Positions 26,498 through 37,281 of a stretch of DNA of 64,000 bases are shown one piece after another. The notes below the pieces were generated by a model, which saw nothing but the letters and a program-made list of their open reading frames with translations, made no database searches and was not told the DNA's origin. Every line of letters begins with the position of its first letter. The stretch's first letter is position 1. The stretch is from Candidatus Kaiserbacteria bacterium (lineage in GTDB: Bacteria; Patescibacteriota; Minisyncoccia; Phycocordibacterales; UBA2100), in contig JACRFK010000004.1 in NCBI GenBank assembly GCA_016217925.1, positions 133,869-197,868 of the forward strand, given 5' to 3'. The position numbers were made by a program, and so were the translations under genes.

Positions 26498-27238
26498 TCA
26501 GACTCCCTTCTCCCACACGATATTGAATATCTGCCGCATCGCCTCAGCCGTCTGCTTATCGTCGATTATGGTCGTTTGAAGCTCGCGTTCATTGGTAATA
26601 CGGATGAAATTCTCGGCTATTTCAATCGATTGCGTCGGCGGGTAGGTGTAGTCCTTCAGGTATTTGACTTTTATATCATCGTTATTCTTTGCCAATTTGA
26701 CCATGTCATTCTCAGTGTTACCTTTCTCCACGATAACCTTGAAAGATATTCCGTCGGCAACAGCTTTCCTGTCCCATCTTTCGTACAGATGAAGGACCTT
26801 CTCGTCAACCCCCTTAAGATTGCTATAGAAGCAGCACAGCGTTTTACCGAGAAGTTCCCGATACTTGTAATCGCATGCCTGCGCGACACCGCTCATGCCG
26901 CTAAAGTACAGCACATCGGGTCTCCGGCCACCGAGCGAGTGCAACTGTGGCACTATAGCTCGCACCGATTTGAGCCGCGATTCCTGTTCGGTGAGGAATT
27001 CATTGATATCTCGTGCCGAAAAAAGGGCTTTTTTCGCATGTGGGACCTTGAGCACCAACCCTTTCTTGCGTAAATCTTCCAAAGTCACATACACAGTAGG
27101 TTTTTTAACGTCGCATGTTTCCGCGATACGGTATGCAGTACCCGTACCAAGCGATAAGAGAGCAAGGTATACGACGGACTCTTTTTCGGTAAGCCCGATT
27201 TCCTCCAACTCCCGAACAAAACCCGATTCTTTAACCAT
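26498..27238 (-). CDS. TrmB-like HTH transcriptional regulator
   Basis: IGLTEKESVVYLALL, KPTVYV, YFSG, IFNIVW. Confidence 0.8.
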   Translation of the reverse strand: MVKESGFVRELEEIGLTEKESVVYLALLSLGTGTAYRIAETCDVKKPTVYVTLEDLRKKGLVLKVPHAKKALFSARDINEFLTEQESRLKSVRAIVPQLHSLGGRRPDVLYFSGMSGVAQACDYKYRELLGKTLCCFYSNLKGVDEKVLHLYERWDRKAVADGISFKVIVEKGNTENDMVKLAKNNDDIKVKYLKDYTYPPTQSIEIAENFIRITNERELQTTIIDDKQTAEAMRQIFNIVWEKGV

Positions 27239-27389
27239 GAACGCATCCTAGTCCAATTCTTAGAAAAGTCAATTTTTCTGACTAATATTTAGTGATACAT
27301 AAATACTCCAATCTTTAGAACATATTATCAAGTTTTATATAGTAGAACAGGTCAGGATTTTTATCTTTCTTTGATTGAGTGCTCAAATC

Positions 27390-28808
27390 ATGGCACTTAT
27401 GAGAATAGAGATTCTTCTGGCCGCTTCGGTTGCCTTGCCGATTCTTCTCTCGATCGGACTAACTTTATTACGGAAGTACCAAAGTCATAGCGCCAACCAA
27501 TTTTTTTATGCTGGCGGCACTTTGAACGCTAGATGGGGAGCCGAACTCTTTATCTCAACATCACTTGCGCTCGGAAACGCAGTCGTTTATTTCGCGTACC
27601 TCGGCTACATTGCAGGCGCAAGCGGGATTTGGTTTCAAATTGCCTGGTGCGCTGGGTTTGTTTTCATCGCCTTTTTTGCAGAACGCATTGCCGCGCGCGT
27701 AAGAAACAGGACCATCCACAGTGTGCTAGGAGAAGCATTCGGTACCCGAGCGGCACAAGTTGCCGCGCTTGCAACTGTGACGGGCTTTACCCTCAACCTC
27801 GGCTGGGAGTTGGTTGCGGGTTTTTCAATTTTCTCGGTACTCAACCTCTCTCCTTGGGTAAGCGTTGTCTGCATTCTACTTCTCGCGGGCGGTGCTGCGT
27901 TTTATACGGCGCATGGCGGGATGCGGGGTAATTTGCTCCCCAATCGGGCGTTCAATATCATGTCCTATGTTTCACTCGTTTTACTCGTTATTTTTCTTGC
28001 GCTCCAAAACAGCGCACAAACGGGTCAACTTGTTTCGTTCTTTTACCCGTCACTCAACAGCCTTGTCGTTGCTGTGGGGCTCGGCGGGGTTTTGACGAAC
28101 ATCCTCTTCAGTATTCTTTGGCAGTTCGTTGATATGTCTGGATGGCAAAACCTCGCCGCGACGACCACCGAACACAAAGCACCTGTTAGATCACTCCTGT
28201 GGTCGTCGCTTGTACTTCTATTTATTCCTGGAGTCGCCGGCATTTCGATTGGTATGCTTTTGAGGAATATCTCCGGCGTGACGGCAGATAACCTATTGCC
28301 GTCGGTTGTTACATTATTGTCTGCCCACCCGATTTTATTTGTCGTCATTATCTCTGGTCTAATCGCGGCAATGCTCTCAACAATAGACGGGTTTCTTCTT
28401 GCGTCGGCAAACACTATCGTTCAAGATATTTTTGGCCTGTCTGAACAGGAATCTGAGAAAGGTCTCAAAATTGCGCGCACCTCAATCGTTCTTTTGGCGC
28501 TTTTAGGTGCCACAATAGTTTTTTTCCTCAATACCTATGCAAAAATCAACCTCTACAATCTTGTATACGTCACATACTCCGCGCAGCTCGCACTTTTTCC
28601 AGCCGTTATGGCGATTCTTCTCGGAAAAAAGATTCATGCCGGTGTTGGAGCAACCGCGCTCATCGCCGGCATTTTCGGGGGTCTTGGTGTCGCGCTTTAT
28701 GCCTCATTCACCGGTCTTTCTGATTTACTAACATGGGCGCCACTGATCGGCCTCGCGATTTCCGGGCTGTTGGTTGTAGCGGGTTGGTTCAAAGCAAGAA
28801 CCACGTAA
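27390..28808 (+). CDS. sodium:solute symporter family transporter
   Basis: About 13 TM helices, FFYAG, YTAHGGMRG, AAMLSTIDG. Confidence 0.8.
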   Translation: MALMRIEILLAASVALPILLSIGLTLLRKYQSHSANQFFYAGGTLNARWGAELFISTSLALGNAVVYFAYLGYIAGASGIWFQIAWCAGFVFIAFFAERIAARVRNRTIHSVLGEAFGTRAAQVAALATVTGFTLNLGWELVAGFSIFSVLNLSPWVSVVCILLLAGGAAFYTAHGGMRGNLLPNRAFNIMSYVSLVLLVIFLALQNSAQTGQLVSFFYPSLNSLVVAVGLGGVLTNILFSILWQFVDMSGWQNLAATTTEHKAPVRSLLWSSLVLLFIPGVAGISIGMLLRNISGVTADNLLPSVVTLLSAHPILFVVIISGLIAAMLSTIDGFLLASANTIVQDIFGLSEQESEKGLKIARTSIVLLALLGATIVFFLNTYAKINLYNLVYVTYSAQLALFPAVMAILLGKKIHAGVGATALIAGIFGGLGVALYASFTGLSDLLTWAPLIGLAISGLLVVAGWFKARTT

Positions 28809-28811
28809 ATT

Positions 28812-30341
28812 CTATCTCGCGTACTCGATGACCCTCGTTTCTCTTATCACGCTGATCTTTATCTCTCCGGGATACTGCATGTCTTTCTCTATCTTGTCCG
28901 CGATGTCGCGCGCGAGTTTGCGGGCTTCGAGGTCCGAAATTGCATCAGGCTTCACGATAACGCGCACTTCGCGGCCGGCGGCGATGGCGTAGCTCTTCTC
29001 GACGCCCGGTTGGCCGTTGGCGATGGCTTCCAATTCGGTGAGGCGTTTGATGTAGTTCTCTACAGAGTCGCGGCGAGCACCCGGGCGGGCACCGGAAATG
29101 GCGTCGGCGACCTGGACTATCATCGATTCGGGGGTTTCGTACGGGTATTCCTCGTGGTGCGCCTGCATCGCCTTGACCACCTCCTCGCTCACACCGAATT
29201 TCTGCAAGATACGGCGGCCGATCTCAACGTGCGTACCAGGGACCTCGTGGTCCACCGCCTTGCCGATGTCGTGGAAAAGGGCTCCCGCGCGAGCGACTCC
29301 TTCGTCGGCGCCGAGTTCGGCGGCCAACATCCCTGCCAAATGCGCGACTTCGACAGAGTGGTCGAGCACGTTCTGGCCGTAGCTCGAGCGGAAGTAAAGC
29401 CGCCCGAGGATCATGATGAGTTTGGGGTCGAGATTCGGGACTTTCGCCTCAAATGCGGCTTCTGCGCCCTTCTTTTTGATGATGGTATTTATTTCCTGCT
29501 CGGCTTTTTGCACGGACTCCTCAATCTTTGCAGGTTGGATGCGACCGTCGAGAATGAGATTCTCAAGTGCGATGCGCGCGATCTGGCGCCGTATCGGATC
29601 GTAGGAAGAGAGGGTAATCGTGCCGGGGGTGTCGTCCACAATGACGTCGACGCCGGTCGCGCGCTCGAAGGCGCGGATGTTGCGGCCTTCCTTGCCGATT
29701 ATTTTGCCTTTTATTTCGTCGTTGGGAAGTGAAATGGTCGTCGCCAAGACGTCGGAGACGACGGAATTGCCGAGGCGGTGCACCGCGGTCACGAGTATTT
29801 CGTTGGCGCGGTGCTCGAGCTTCTCATTGCCGGTTATTTCGAGCTTACGCATACGGCTCTCGATGTCGCTCTCGTTCTGTTGCTCGACGGATTTCAGGAG
29901 GTCAACCTTCGCTTCTTCCGCGGTAAGGCCGGCGATTTTCTCCAGTTTTACTTGCTCCGCTCGGCTGAGCTCATCGAGCTTCGCCTTGGCGACGATGATC
30001 TCCTCGCCTTTCTTCGCAAGATTTTCCTGTTCGAGATCGAGGTTGGTCTGACGCTTGTCCAGGAGCTCTTCCTTGCGCACCAAACGCTCCTCGACCTGTT
30101 TCAAATCGAGTGCGCGCACTTTCAGCTCGTCGGTGACGCGGCCTTCGGTCGCTTTTGCGCGGGCCTCGGCTTCTTCGGTGATTCTCTTCGCGCGCTCTTC
30201 GGCGTCGAGCTTCATTTTGCGAATCTCGAGTTCCATCGAGCCGCGCTTACCCAACGAAATAATAAGTCGGAGGAAATATCCGATGGCAATACCTGCTGCA
30301 CCCGAAAGGCCGAGCAGGAGGAGGATGATTTTTAATGACAT
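28812..30341 (-). CDS. rny: ribonuclease Y
   Basis: N-terminal TM, coiled coil, KH (KGKIIGKEGRNIR), HD (FHDIGKA), YPGEIK. Confidence 0.96.
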   Translation of the reverse strand: MSLKIILLLLGLSGAAGIAIGYFLRLIISLGKRGSMELEIRKMKLDAEERAKRITEEAEARAKATEGRVTDELKVRALDLKQVEERLVRKEELLDKRQTNLDLEQENLAKKGEEIIVAKAKLDELSRAEQVKLEKIAGLTAEEAKVDLLKSVEQQNESDIESRMRKLEITGNEKLEHRANEILVTAVHRLGNSVVSDVLATTISLPNDEIKGKIIGKEGRNIRAFERATGVDVIVDDTPGTITLSSYDPIRRQIARIALENLILDGRIQPAKIEESVQKAEQEINTIIKKKGAEAAFEAKVPNLDPKLIMILGRLYFRSSYGQNVLDHSVEVAHLAGMLAAELGADEGVARAGALFHDIGKAVDHEVPGTHVEIGRRILQKFGVSEEVVKAMQAHHEEYPYETPESMIVQVADAISGARPGARRDSVENYIKRLTELEAIANGQPGVEKSYAIAAGREVRVIVKPDAISDLEARKLARDIADKIEKDMQYPGEIKISVIRETRVIEYAR

Positions 30342-30552
30342 ACGCGGTGGCTTCAGCCGCGTGAGTGTTATGTGCGCGTCAAACTGACTTCGATTGAGAA
30401 ATCACGAATAAGTGCTTGGAGCGCATCCATTGGCTCACTGGTCGAAACAAAATTGAATTTCTTGAACATACTAATAGGTACAGGGGCACTATACCACGGG
30501 CACAGAAAAAGGAAATATGAAGGGCTGGACCTGCCTTGTTGATCATCTATAG

Positions 30553-30786
30553 ATGTGTTGTAATGCCTTCTCGCAGAGAGAGGGTGTGACCGTGGTCTTT
30601 TGGACGATTTTGCTCACATGTCTTATGGGGGCCGTCTCACTGGGGGCTCTCATACTAGGGATGCGTCTTGTTTGGCGGTTGTGGCGTCTCAGCCGTATAC
30701 CAAATCTTGCCGACTTGCCGGTTGTGTGTAGGCTTGTAGCGCGATACGAAGTTGAGCGGCTTATGCGCCAAACTCACATAAAATAA
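30553..30786 (+). CDS. small membrane hypothetical protein
   Basis: Hydrophobic segment; terminator-like hairpin follows. Confidence 0.4.
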   Translation: MCCNAFSQREGVTVVFWTILLTCLMGAVSLGALILGMRLVWRLWRLSRIPNLADLPVVCRLVARYEVERLMRQTHIK

Positions 30787-30941
30787 CCACCGGACGACGC
30801 GAATCGTTGCCCGGTGGCCCGCTTTTTCAGACGGGTACCTTGCCGATAACGTCGCTCAAGGGGATTTAATCGCTGAACCTTGCCGAAGCATAAAGGCCAT
30901 GCTACGACTACGGCTGGCAAATCTTATAGGGGAAGACACAC

Positions 30942-31316
30942 ATGGCAAACGCCAAACAGCCTATCGCTCGCTTGCGCGGACTGTTCGCCGAATCTGCGTA
31001 CTACGCCCTTCCCATTGCGAAGCGGTTTCGCATCAGGACGGGAGACTTCGTACTCGTGCCCAAGAGCCGAGCTCTGCTCCCGACCCCGTTCCTCGTGGTC
31101 CGGGCAAGGTCTCACGGCGCGATCGAAGTCAGGCCGTTCGGCATTCCGGGCGTGCACCAGGTCGCTCAGGAGATTATCGAGCGTGCCCGGACACATCACC
31201 ATATCTCGGTTGTGTGGAATCCGAAGTCGTTCTGGCCGCAGCGCAGGAACCTTCGCCTTGAGCACGTCCTCGCACCTGAAGGGCAAAAAGAGCTCCGAGG
31301 ACTCGGCGAACCATGA
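30942..31316 (+). CDS. hypothetical protein
   Basis: ATG with GGGGAAG upstream; hairpin downstream. Confidence 0.45.
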   Translation: MANAKQPIARLRGLFAESAYYALPIAKRFRIRTGDFVLVPKSRALLPTPFLVVRARSHGAIEVRPFGIPGVHQVAQEIIERARTHHHISVVWNPKSFWPQRRNLRLEHVLAPEGQKELRGLGEP

Positions 31317-31424
31317 AGCAGCCCCGACCGAAAGGCCGGGGTTGCACTCTACGCAGACTAGTCATCTGCTGGCGTATTTTCAAGATTAGATTTGACTCGG
31401 CCTCCTCGAGGCCATCACCCTATG

Positions 31425-32039
31425 TTACACCAACACCTTGTCGACGATGCCGTATTTGACGGCCTCTTCGGCTGTCATGAAGAAGTCGCGGTCCACGTCG
31501 GCGGCGATTTTCTCGATCTTCTGACCTGTATTTTTTGCGAGTATCTTATTGAGGCGCTCGCGGAGTTTTAATATTTGTTTTGCGGTTATCTCGATGTCCG
31601 CCGCCATACCTTCGGCGCCGCCGCTCGGCTGGTGGATCATCACCTCCGCATTCGGAAGCGCGAAACGTTTTCCCTTCTGTCCGGCAGAGAGCAGTACGGC
31701 ACCCATCGAGGCCGCCATACCGACACAGACAGTGGAGACATTCGGCTGGATGTGATTCATCGTGTCGAGGACAGCAAGGCCGGCCGAGACGTGTCCGCCC
31801 GGGGAGTTGATGTAGAAAGAGATATCCTTTTTCGGATCTTCGGATGCGAGGAAGAGGAGTTGGGCAACGACGAGATTTGCCACGTCGCTATCAATAGGCC
31901 CACCGAGAAAGACGATACGCTCTTTGAGAAGGCGCGAATAAATATCGTATGCTCGCTCGCCCATCGAGGTCTTCTCGATGACCATAGGCACGAGCATTTG
32001 CGAACGTGATGCGCCAGATTGCGATTTTGGAGTGTTCAT
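31425..32039 (-). CDS. clpP: ATP-dependent Clp protease proteolytic subunit
   Basis: [30 protein letters not shown]. Confidence 0.97.
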   Translation of the reverse strand: MNTPKSQSGASRSQMLVPMVIEKTSMGERAYDIYSRLLKERIVFLGGPIDSDVANLVVAQLLFLASEDPKKDISFYINSPGGHVSAGLAVLDTMNHIQPNVSTVCVGMAASMGAVLLSAGQKGKRFALPNAEVMIHQPSGGAEGMAADIEITAKQILKLRERLNKILAKNTGQKIEKIAADVDRDFFMTAEEAVKYGIVDKVLV

Positions 32040-32092
32040 AAGGGAGAGTGTACCCCAGTAGCAATTTTTCTCAAAATGTACGGTCTCTGTTG

Positions 32093-33127
32093 TTAGAATT
32101 TGCGGCCGGACTTGTCCTCATCTGAGTCGTTCGAATCGGAAATAAGGTCCTCTATCTCTGTCGCGGACTCGAGGGCTGAATCGAAATGCGAGGACGCCTC
32201 CTCTTTTTTGCCGTGTGCGACATCGTCATCTCCGGAAGAAAATGACTCTGTAGCTTCCTTGAGGCGTTCCTGTGCCTTCTCACGCGCCTCAATTTTCAGA
32301 TCTCGGGAACGTTCGAGGAATTTCTTCGTTGCCTCGATCCGCACTTTTGCGGCCGTTCGATGACCTCGCGCCACGGTCTCCGGCTCATCAGAGACTTGCG
32401 GGCTTTCCTGCGTCAATTGGACGAGAGCCTCCGTCGTCGAGCTCGTTGCGGTGGTGTCGGCGGCGGCTTTTGCCTGTAGCGCCGCCACAACGACACGTGC
32501 CCCTCTGCGCGTGCCGTCAAGAATGTTCCTGCGTGCAACGCGTACCGCGCCGATATTCTTCTCGATCTCAGATGCGTCCGATGAGTCGCTGTCGTTCTCA
32601 AGCTGTGTACGGTTTTCATCCGCGCGCTGCATGTGCTCGTCGAAGTTGGCATCGAGTGCCGTGCGCGTAGCATCGTCGAGTCTCCCTGCAAGTGCGAGCA
32701 TGGCGGCTTCCTCAAGGCGGCGTTCTGCACGCGCGACAGCCCAATCGGCTCGCGCTTTTGGAGTGGTCGCGATCGAGGCCCGTATTTCTTCGGTGATATG
32801 CACTTTCACGGGATAGAGTGTGTCGCCGGGAAGCGAGGTTTCCGCAGCGGCAACCGTGCCGCCGCTCACTGCGACAATGAGCACCGCCGTGAGGACAGGT
32901 ATTGGGCGTATGTGCGCAGTGAGGTTTGCTAAGAATCCATAATAGTGGGACGCCGACGTTCGAGAAACGCGCCCCGCGTGCATCGGCCGGAGTTGGGTGT
33001 ATTCAAAAAGGTGCGCGCGCATGCGCTCGCGCGAATCCTTGTCCATAGAGATGTTCGTAGCGGCTTTGATCTGCGCCGCGACATCATCCTGGTCGTTATT
33101 TCGTTTAAATATGTCGGTGAATTTCAT
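32093..33127 (-). CDS. DUF5667-type protein, putative anti-sigma factor
   Basis: TM then [19 protein letters not shown]; directly downstream of ECF sigma. Confidence 0.7.
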   Translation of the reverse strand: MKFTDIFKRNNDQDDVAAQIKAATNISMDKDSRERMRAHLFEYTQLRPMHAGRVSRTSASHYYGFLANLTAHIRPIPVLTAVLIVAVSGGTVAAAETSLPGDTLYPVKVHITEEIRASIATTPKARADWAVARAERRLEEAAMLALAGRLDDATRTALDANFDEHMQRADENRTQLENDSDSSDASEIEKNIGAVRVARRNILDGTRRGARVVVAALQAKAAADTTATSSTTEALVQLTQESPQVSDEPETVARGHRTAAKVRIEATKKFLERSRDLKIEAREKAQERLKEATESFSSGDDDVAHGKKEEASSHFDSALESATEIEDLISDSNDSDEDKSGRKF

Positions 33128-33132
33128 ATATT

Positions 33133-33660
33133 TTATGTTGCGCTTGGCCCGAGCAGTGTCCGGAGTTTTTCAACGCCGCGATGAATGCGCACCGACACGA
33201 CATTTTCCGAGAGTCCTGTTATACGCGCGATCTCTTTGGGCGGCAAGTCCTCGGTGAACCTAAGGAGGATAATATCTCGGTAGGTCAGGTCAAGCTTGTC
33301 TATCGCCTTGCGCACTCGCGACACCTCGGCCTGTTCGACCGTGCTCCTTTCCCCCACGCTATTATCCGTCATCGCAAACCCGTCATCCTCCAGAAGCGCG
33401 TCGAGAGAGACGGATTTCTTTTTTCGATAGACATCAACGACCAAATTGTAGGCTGTGCGATAGAGGAACGGCCGCCACTCGCGAATTTCTCCGCCCTCAA
33501 CGCAAAAATCCCACGCGCGAGTGAACGTCTCTTGCGTAAGGTCTCTCGCTGTCTCCCGGTCGGCTATCTTCATAGAGAGAAAACGGAAAATTGCATCGCC
33601 GAATTCGTCATATGCGGCAAGGAACTCTTTTTCCCTCTCTTGCTCTGACGTTTTATCCAT
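33133..33660 (-). CDS. ECF RNA polymerase sigma factor
   Basis: ARDLTQETF, FLYRTAYNLVVD, EIARITG, VSVRIHRG. Confidence 0.9.
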   Translation of the reverse strand: MDKTSEQEREKEFLAAYDEFGDAIFRFLSMKIADRETARDLTQETFTRAWDFCVEGGEIREWRPFLYRTAYNLVVDVYRKKKSVSLDALLEDDGFAMTDNSVGERSTVEQAEVSRVRKAIDKLDLTYRDIILLRFTEDLPPKEIARITGLSENVVSVRIHRGVEKLRTLLGPSAT

Positions 33661-33879
33661 AGGTTTCTTACTGGCGACGTAGGACGAGTGAAATGCGTCT
33701 GCTCCCAGATGCATCTCCGAGTCGAGGAGCCAGAAACTGGCCGGACGCCAGTTTACCCACCATACCATAATTGAGGCAGTACATAACTGGGGGCCAATGT
33801 AAGACATTCCGCCCCGGTTCGTCATACGAACACGGGGAGAGCAATCCGCCCCATTATCATCTAATACAGAATAATCATC

Positions 33880-34668
33880 ATGAAACTAGCAACGCAATTC
33901 GGCATAGGCGCCGCATCAGTCGCGGTAGCTTCTGCCCTCGCATTCCTACCGATCATCGCGGCTGCGGATGAAGGTCGCGGCACGAGGGACATCCGTGATA
34001 CCCGCCCGCTTGCACAGCGCGTGGAGATTGCCATCACCGACTCGGGCAATGTCTTAGTGCGCGGCGCGAAAGTGACCGGCATCACCGGCAGTACGCTCAC
34101 TGTGACGACGACCGCAGGGTCCTCGACACTCTCGTGGGCGGTCACGACAAACAGCTCGACCGTGTTCGTCACATCGACCGGCTCGGGATCTTCCCTCGGT
34201 GCGATCTCGGTGGGCGACACCGTGAGCTTTGTCGGCGTGCTCTCGGGCAATGGGCTGAGCGTGAACGCAACGGCAGTCAAAGATTGGACGCTCGGTGTGA
34301 GGGAGCGCTCTATCACCGGGCCGGTGCAAAACATAAACAGCACCAGTACGTCGCTCATACTCGGCAACGGGACTGGAAAGGACAATGACAACGACAAGGA
34401 CAACAAAACCCGCGCGACCGTCCAATTCACCGGCAGCACAGTCATCATGCTAAACGGCGCGACGACGACCTTCGCCTCCATCCAGATAGGCGACAAGATA
34501 AAGGCGACGGGCACCATGAATGAGAGCGGCACAGTATTGACGGCGACTTCGGTCTCGGTCACTCGTCCCACCGTGCGGCTCGATACCGACGAGTTCAGAA
34601 AGAAAGTGAGAGAGTGGTTCTCGGGCCACGGCTTCAGCGTCTTCGGTAAAAGCGGAAAGGGGAACTAA
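33880..34668 (+). CDS. secreted DUF5666-like protein (two repeats)
   Basis: Signal peptide; repeated SLGAISVGDTV / FASIQIGDKIKATG units. Confidence 0.65.
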   Translation: MKLATQFGIGAASVAVASALAFLPIIAAADEGRGTRDIRDTRPLAQRVEIAITDSGNVLVRGAKVTGITGSTLTVTTTAGSSTLSWAVTTNSSTVFVTSTGSGSSLGAISVGDTVSFVGVLSGNGLSVNATAVKDWTLGVRERSITGPVQNINSTSTSLILGNGTGKDNDNDKDNKTRATVQFTGSTVIMLNGATTTFASIQIGDKIKATGTMNESGTVLTATSVSVTRPTVRLDTDEFRKKVREWFSGHGFSVFGKSGKGN

Positions 34669-34682
34669 CGTAAGTCCTAGAG

Positions 34683-34719
34683 GAACAAAAACGGCACGTT
34701 TGACGTGCCGTTTTTGTTC
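34683..34719. terminator. intrinsic terminator
   Basis: gaacaaaaacggcacg..cgtgccgtttttgttc. Confidence 0.75.
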
Positions 34720-34875
34720 GGGACGGTGTACTTCAAAGTTAAATGCGTCTCGTTTCCCATGGACTTTTTACGCGTATTATGGTACTGTATCGGGCAGTAA
34801 AGTTGCGTTTTGTTGCGTCGTGTTGCGTATGCGTGCGTTGTCGAAAACACCTATAACCAAGAGGCTTCGCACATC

Positions 34876-35166
34876 ATGCAAATCGATGAAAATAACTTAA
34901 CCGCGAGGTTAAGTCTTGCTGCAGAGCACGTCGTCAGCCGCCATCCAAAGCTCGACGCCGTCCCGCTCGCAGTTTGGCGGGAAGCAGCTAGCGTTGGCGA
35001 ACTTCCTGAAGTGAAAGATGAGCACAGTCCGTTGGCGCTGGCGATCCACAGCTTCGCGGTCGAGCTCATCATCCGTCGTCTCGGTAAGAGGCCGAGTCGG
35101 CGTCTGGTGCAAGCCCAGCAGCGTCTTTTCTCTGCTGCGCACCAGCATGTCTGCGCGGCTGCGTAA
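34876..35166 (+). CDS. hypothetical protein
   Basis: ORF with GAGG upstream, hairpin downstream. Confidence 0.45.
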   Translation: MQIDENNLTARLSLAAEHVVSRHPKLDAVPLAVWREAASVGELPEVKDEHSPLALAIHSFAVELIIRRLGKRPSRRLVQAQQRLFSAAHQHVCAAA

Positions 35167-35224
35167 CGCGTTTGTTCGCTACACGTTAATTTCGAGGGCG
35201 CCCCGGTCGGGCGTCCTCTTCGTT

Positions 35225-36331
35225 TTAATGCTCGTGGTCGTGTCCCGTATGGGCGACGGGCGCGGCATTTCCTTCCAAGAAACGCAGCGTCGCGTCGTTG
35301 CGCATCGCATGCGAGATGTGTGCGCGCAGCGCGATGGGGTCAGCTTGCGGGTAATGCTTCTTTGCATGTTCAAGCTCGTGCTCGAGCGACTTTTCATCCG
35401 GTTCAATATGTTCCTTACGCGCTATTTCGGTCAGTATCAGGCGTACCTTTGCGCGCTTGTCGGCGGTGTCTTTCCAATCGGCACGGACCTGCTCACGCGT
35501 TTTCTTGGTCTGTGTGAAATACGATTCGAGCGTCTGGCCGATGCGCGAGAGGTCGTCCTTGAGGCGCGCCTCCATGTCGTCGAGCTCGTATTCGCGCAGT
35601 GCCGAGGGGTACGAAATCTTCGATTCTTTGACGAGCTCGTCGAGGATAAGGGCGCGGCGCTTCTCGGCAGCCTGCATTTCTTTTTCGGTCTTGATGTTTA
35701 CGCGAAGTGCTTCGGTGAATTTCTCCGCACTTTCGTACCCGAGTGATTGCACAAATGCGTCGTCGAGCTCAGGCAGGTCCTTCAATTCGGCGGCGCGCGA
35801 TTCCTCCGCCGCCTTTTGTGCATCGGTGCCGCCTTCAATTTTATCAATACGTGCCCGCTCACGGCGCAGATGTGTAAGCGCCTGTGTATGCTCCTCGTCG
35901 GACACGGAGATTTCTTCTTTTTTGTCGGTATGCTTCTTGGCGATTTTCTTGTAATCCGGCAGTTCCACGGAAGGAGCAAGCGCGGCGCGTGCGGTAAATT
36001 TGACGGGCTTGCCCAATTCCGGCGTATCGGTCGTCACGCGCGGGGACTCGATAATAAGAAGCTTTTCTGCCGCAAAAAGCTCGGGAAGCTCATGCTGTAT
36101 CGCCATTTGCACGGCCTCACGCAAAATCGCGCCTTCTCCGTATACGCGTACAATTTCTTCTTCCGGCGCTTTGCCCGGACGGAAACCGTCGAGCTTTGCG
36201 GTCTTCGTTATTTCTTTCAACGCTTCAGCCCGGTAGTGGGCAAGCGCTTCTGCGGTAATCTGCGCTTGTACTTCGGCTTCCCACGCCGTCTCGTCGCGCG
36301 AGGTTTTTACGTCCGTAAGATAATTTGACAT
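35225..36331 (-). CDS. tig: trigger factor lacking the PPIase domain
   Basis: GFRPGKAP ribosome-binding motif, LPELDDAF, C-terminal SurA-like domain. Confidence 0.9.
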   Translation of the reverse strand: MSNYLTDVKTSRDETAWEAEVQAQITAEALAHYRAEALKEITKTAKLDGFRPGKAPEEEIVRVYGEGAILREAVQMAIQHELPELFAAEKLLIIESPRVTTDTPELGKPVKFTARAALAPSVELPDYKKIAKKHTDKKEEISVSDEEHTQALTHLRRERARIDKIEGGTDAQKAAEESRAAELKDLPELDDAFVQSLGYESAEKFTEALRVNIKTEKEMQAAEKRRALILDELVKESKISYPSALREYELDDMEARLKDDLSRIGQTLESYFTQTKKTREQVRADWKDTADKRAKVRLILTEIARKEHIEPDEKSLEHELEHAKKHYPQADPIALRAHISHAMRNDATLRFLEGNAAPVAHTGHDHEH

Positions 36332-36376
36332 TGGGCGAGTGTAACAGAAAAAGATCCAGGACCCAAGATTGGACTT

Positions 36377-36592
36377 TTACTGCGACACCGCCGACCCGTC
36401 TCCTGGAATAAGTGGCAGCTGGTCTTCCGGGTCTTGCGCATTCAGATGTGCGCCCCAGAAATATAATGCACCGATGACGAGCAGTATCACGATGATGATG
36501 ATGCCGACGACCGGCCCCATTGAAGACTTCGGTGCCGGCGGAAGCAGATGGTCGGCCGGATTGAATGGTACGGGGTTGGAAGGGGGAGGCAT
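36377..36592 (-). CDS. small single-TM protein
   Basis: GPVVGIIIIVILLVIGALYFWG; TATACT upstream. Confidence 0.6.
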   Translation of the reverse strand: MPPPSNPVPFNPADHLLPPAPKSSMGPVVGIIIIVILLVIGALYFWGAHLNAQDPEDQLPLIPGDGSAVSQ

Positions 36593-36661
36593 GACATTAG
36601 TATAGCTGGAAGCAGCCAGCCCGCGGCCACCCTAAAAGGGGACAACTGATGAGGCACGCGC

Positions 36662-37198
36662 CTAGCCCTCCTGACTCTTCTTGTACATCGCTACCGATTT
36701 CTTGACGGCCTCGATGGCCTCTTTGCGACCCTTGATGCCGCCGATGGAGACGGGCGACGGCTTGCCTTTGAGCGCTTTGTACGTTTCGAAGAAGTGCGTG
36801 TACTCCTTGAGCGCGTGTTTGTTGAGGTCATGCAGATCCTTCACATCGTCCCAACGCTTGTCGTCAACGGGTACTGCGAGGATTTTGTAATCGCTCTCGC
36901 CGCTGTCTATCATTTCCATAACCGCGATCGGCCGCACAGCGACGAGAATGCCGGGGTGCAGCGGATAGCTCGTTAGTACGACGACATCAAGCGGGTCGTT
37001 GTCGTCCCAGAGCGTCTGCGGTGCAAAGCCGTAATCAAAGGGGTACGGTGCTGCGGAATAATTCACGCGGTCGAGTTTGATGAGTCCGGTCGCCTTGTCT
37101 ATCTCATATTTATTCGGCGAGCCTTTCGGTATCTCGATGATGACGTTTATCTCGTCGGGCGCATTTTCGCCGAGCGGTATGTCGTGCCAAAGGTTCAT
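36662..37198 (-). CDS. ppa: family I inorganic pyrophosphatase
   Basis: IEIPKGS, KYE, DNDPLDV, DYKILAV, FFETYK. Confidence 0.95.
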   Translation of the reverse strand: MNLWHDIPLGENAPDEINVIIEIPKGSPNKYEIDKATGLIKLDRVNYSAAPYPFDYGFAPQTLWDDNDPLDVVVLTSYPLHPGILVAVRPIAVMEMIDSGESDYKILAVPVDDKRWDDVKDLHDLNKHALKEYTHFFETYKALKGKPSPVSIGGIKGRKEAIEAVKKSVAMYKKSQEG

Positions 37199-37281
37199 GG
37201 GAAAGAGTGTAGCAAATTGACAGGAGCAGCGGAAGGGTGTTAGCTGTCGCGCAGTGGGCATCCCGCCCCGGAGTACATGCC

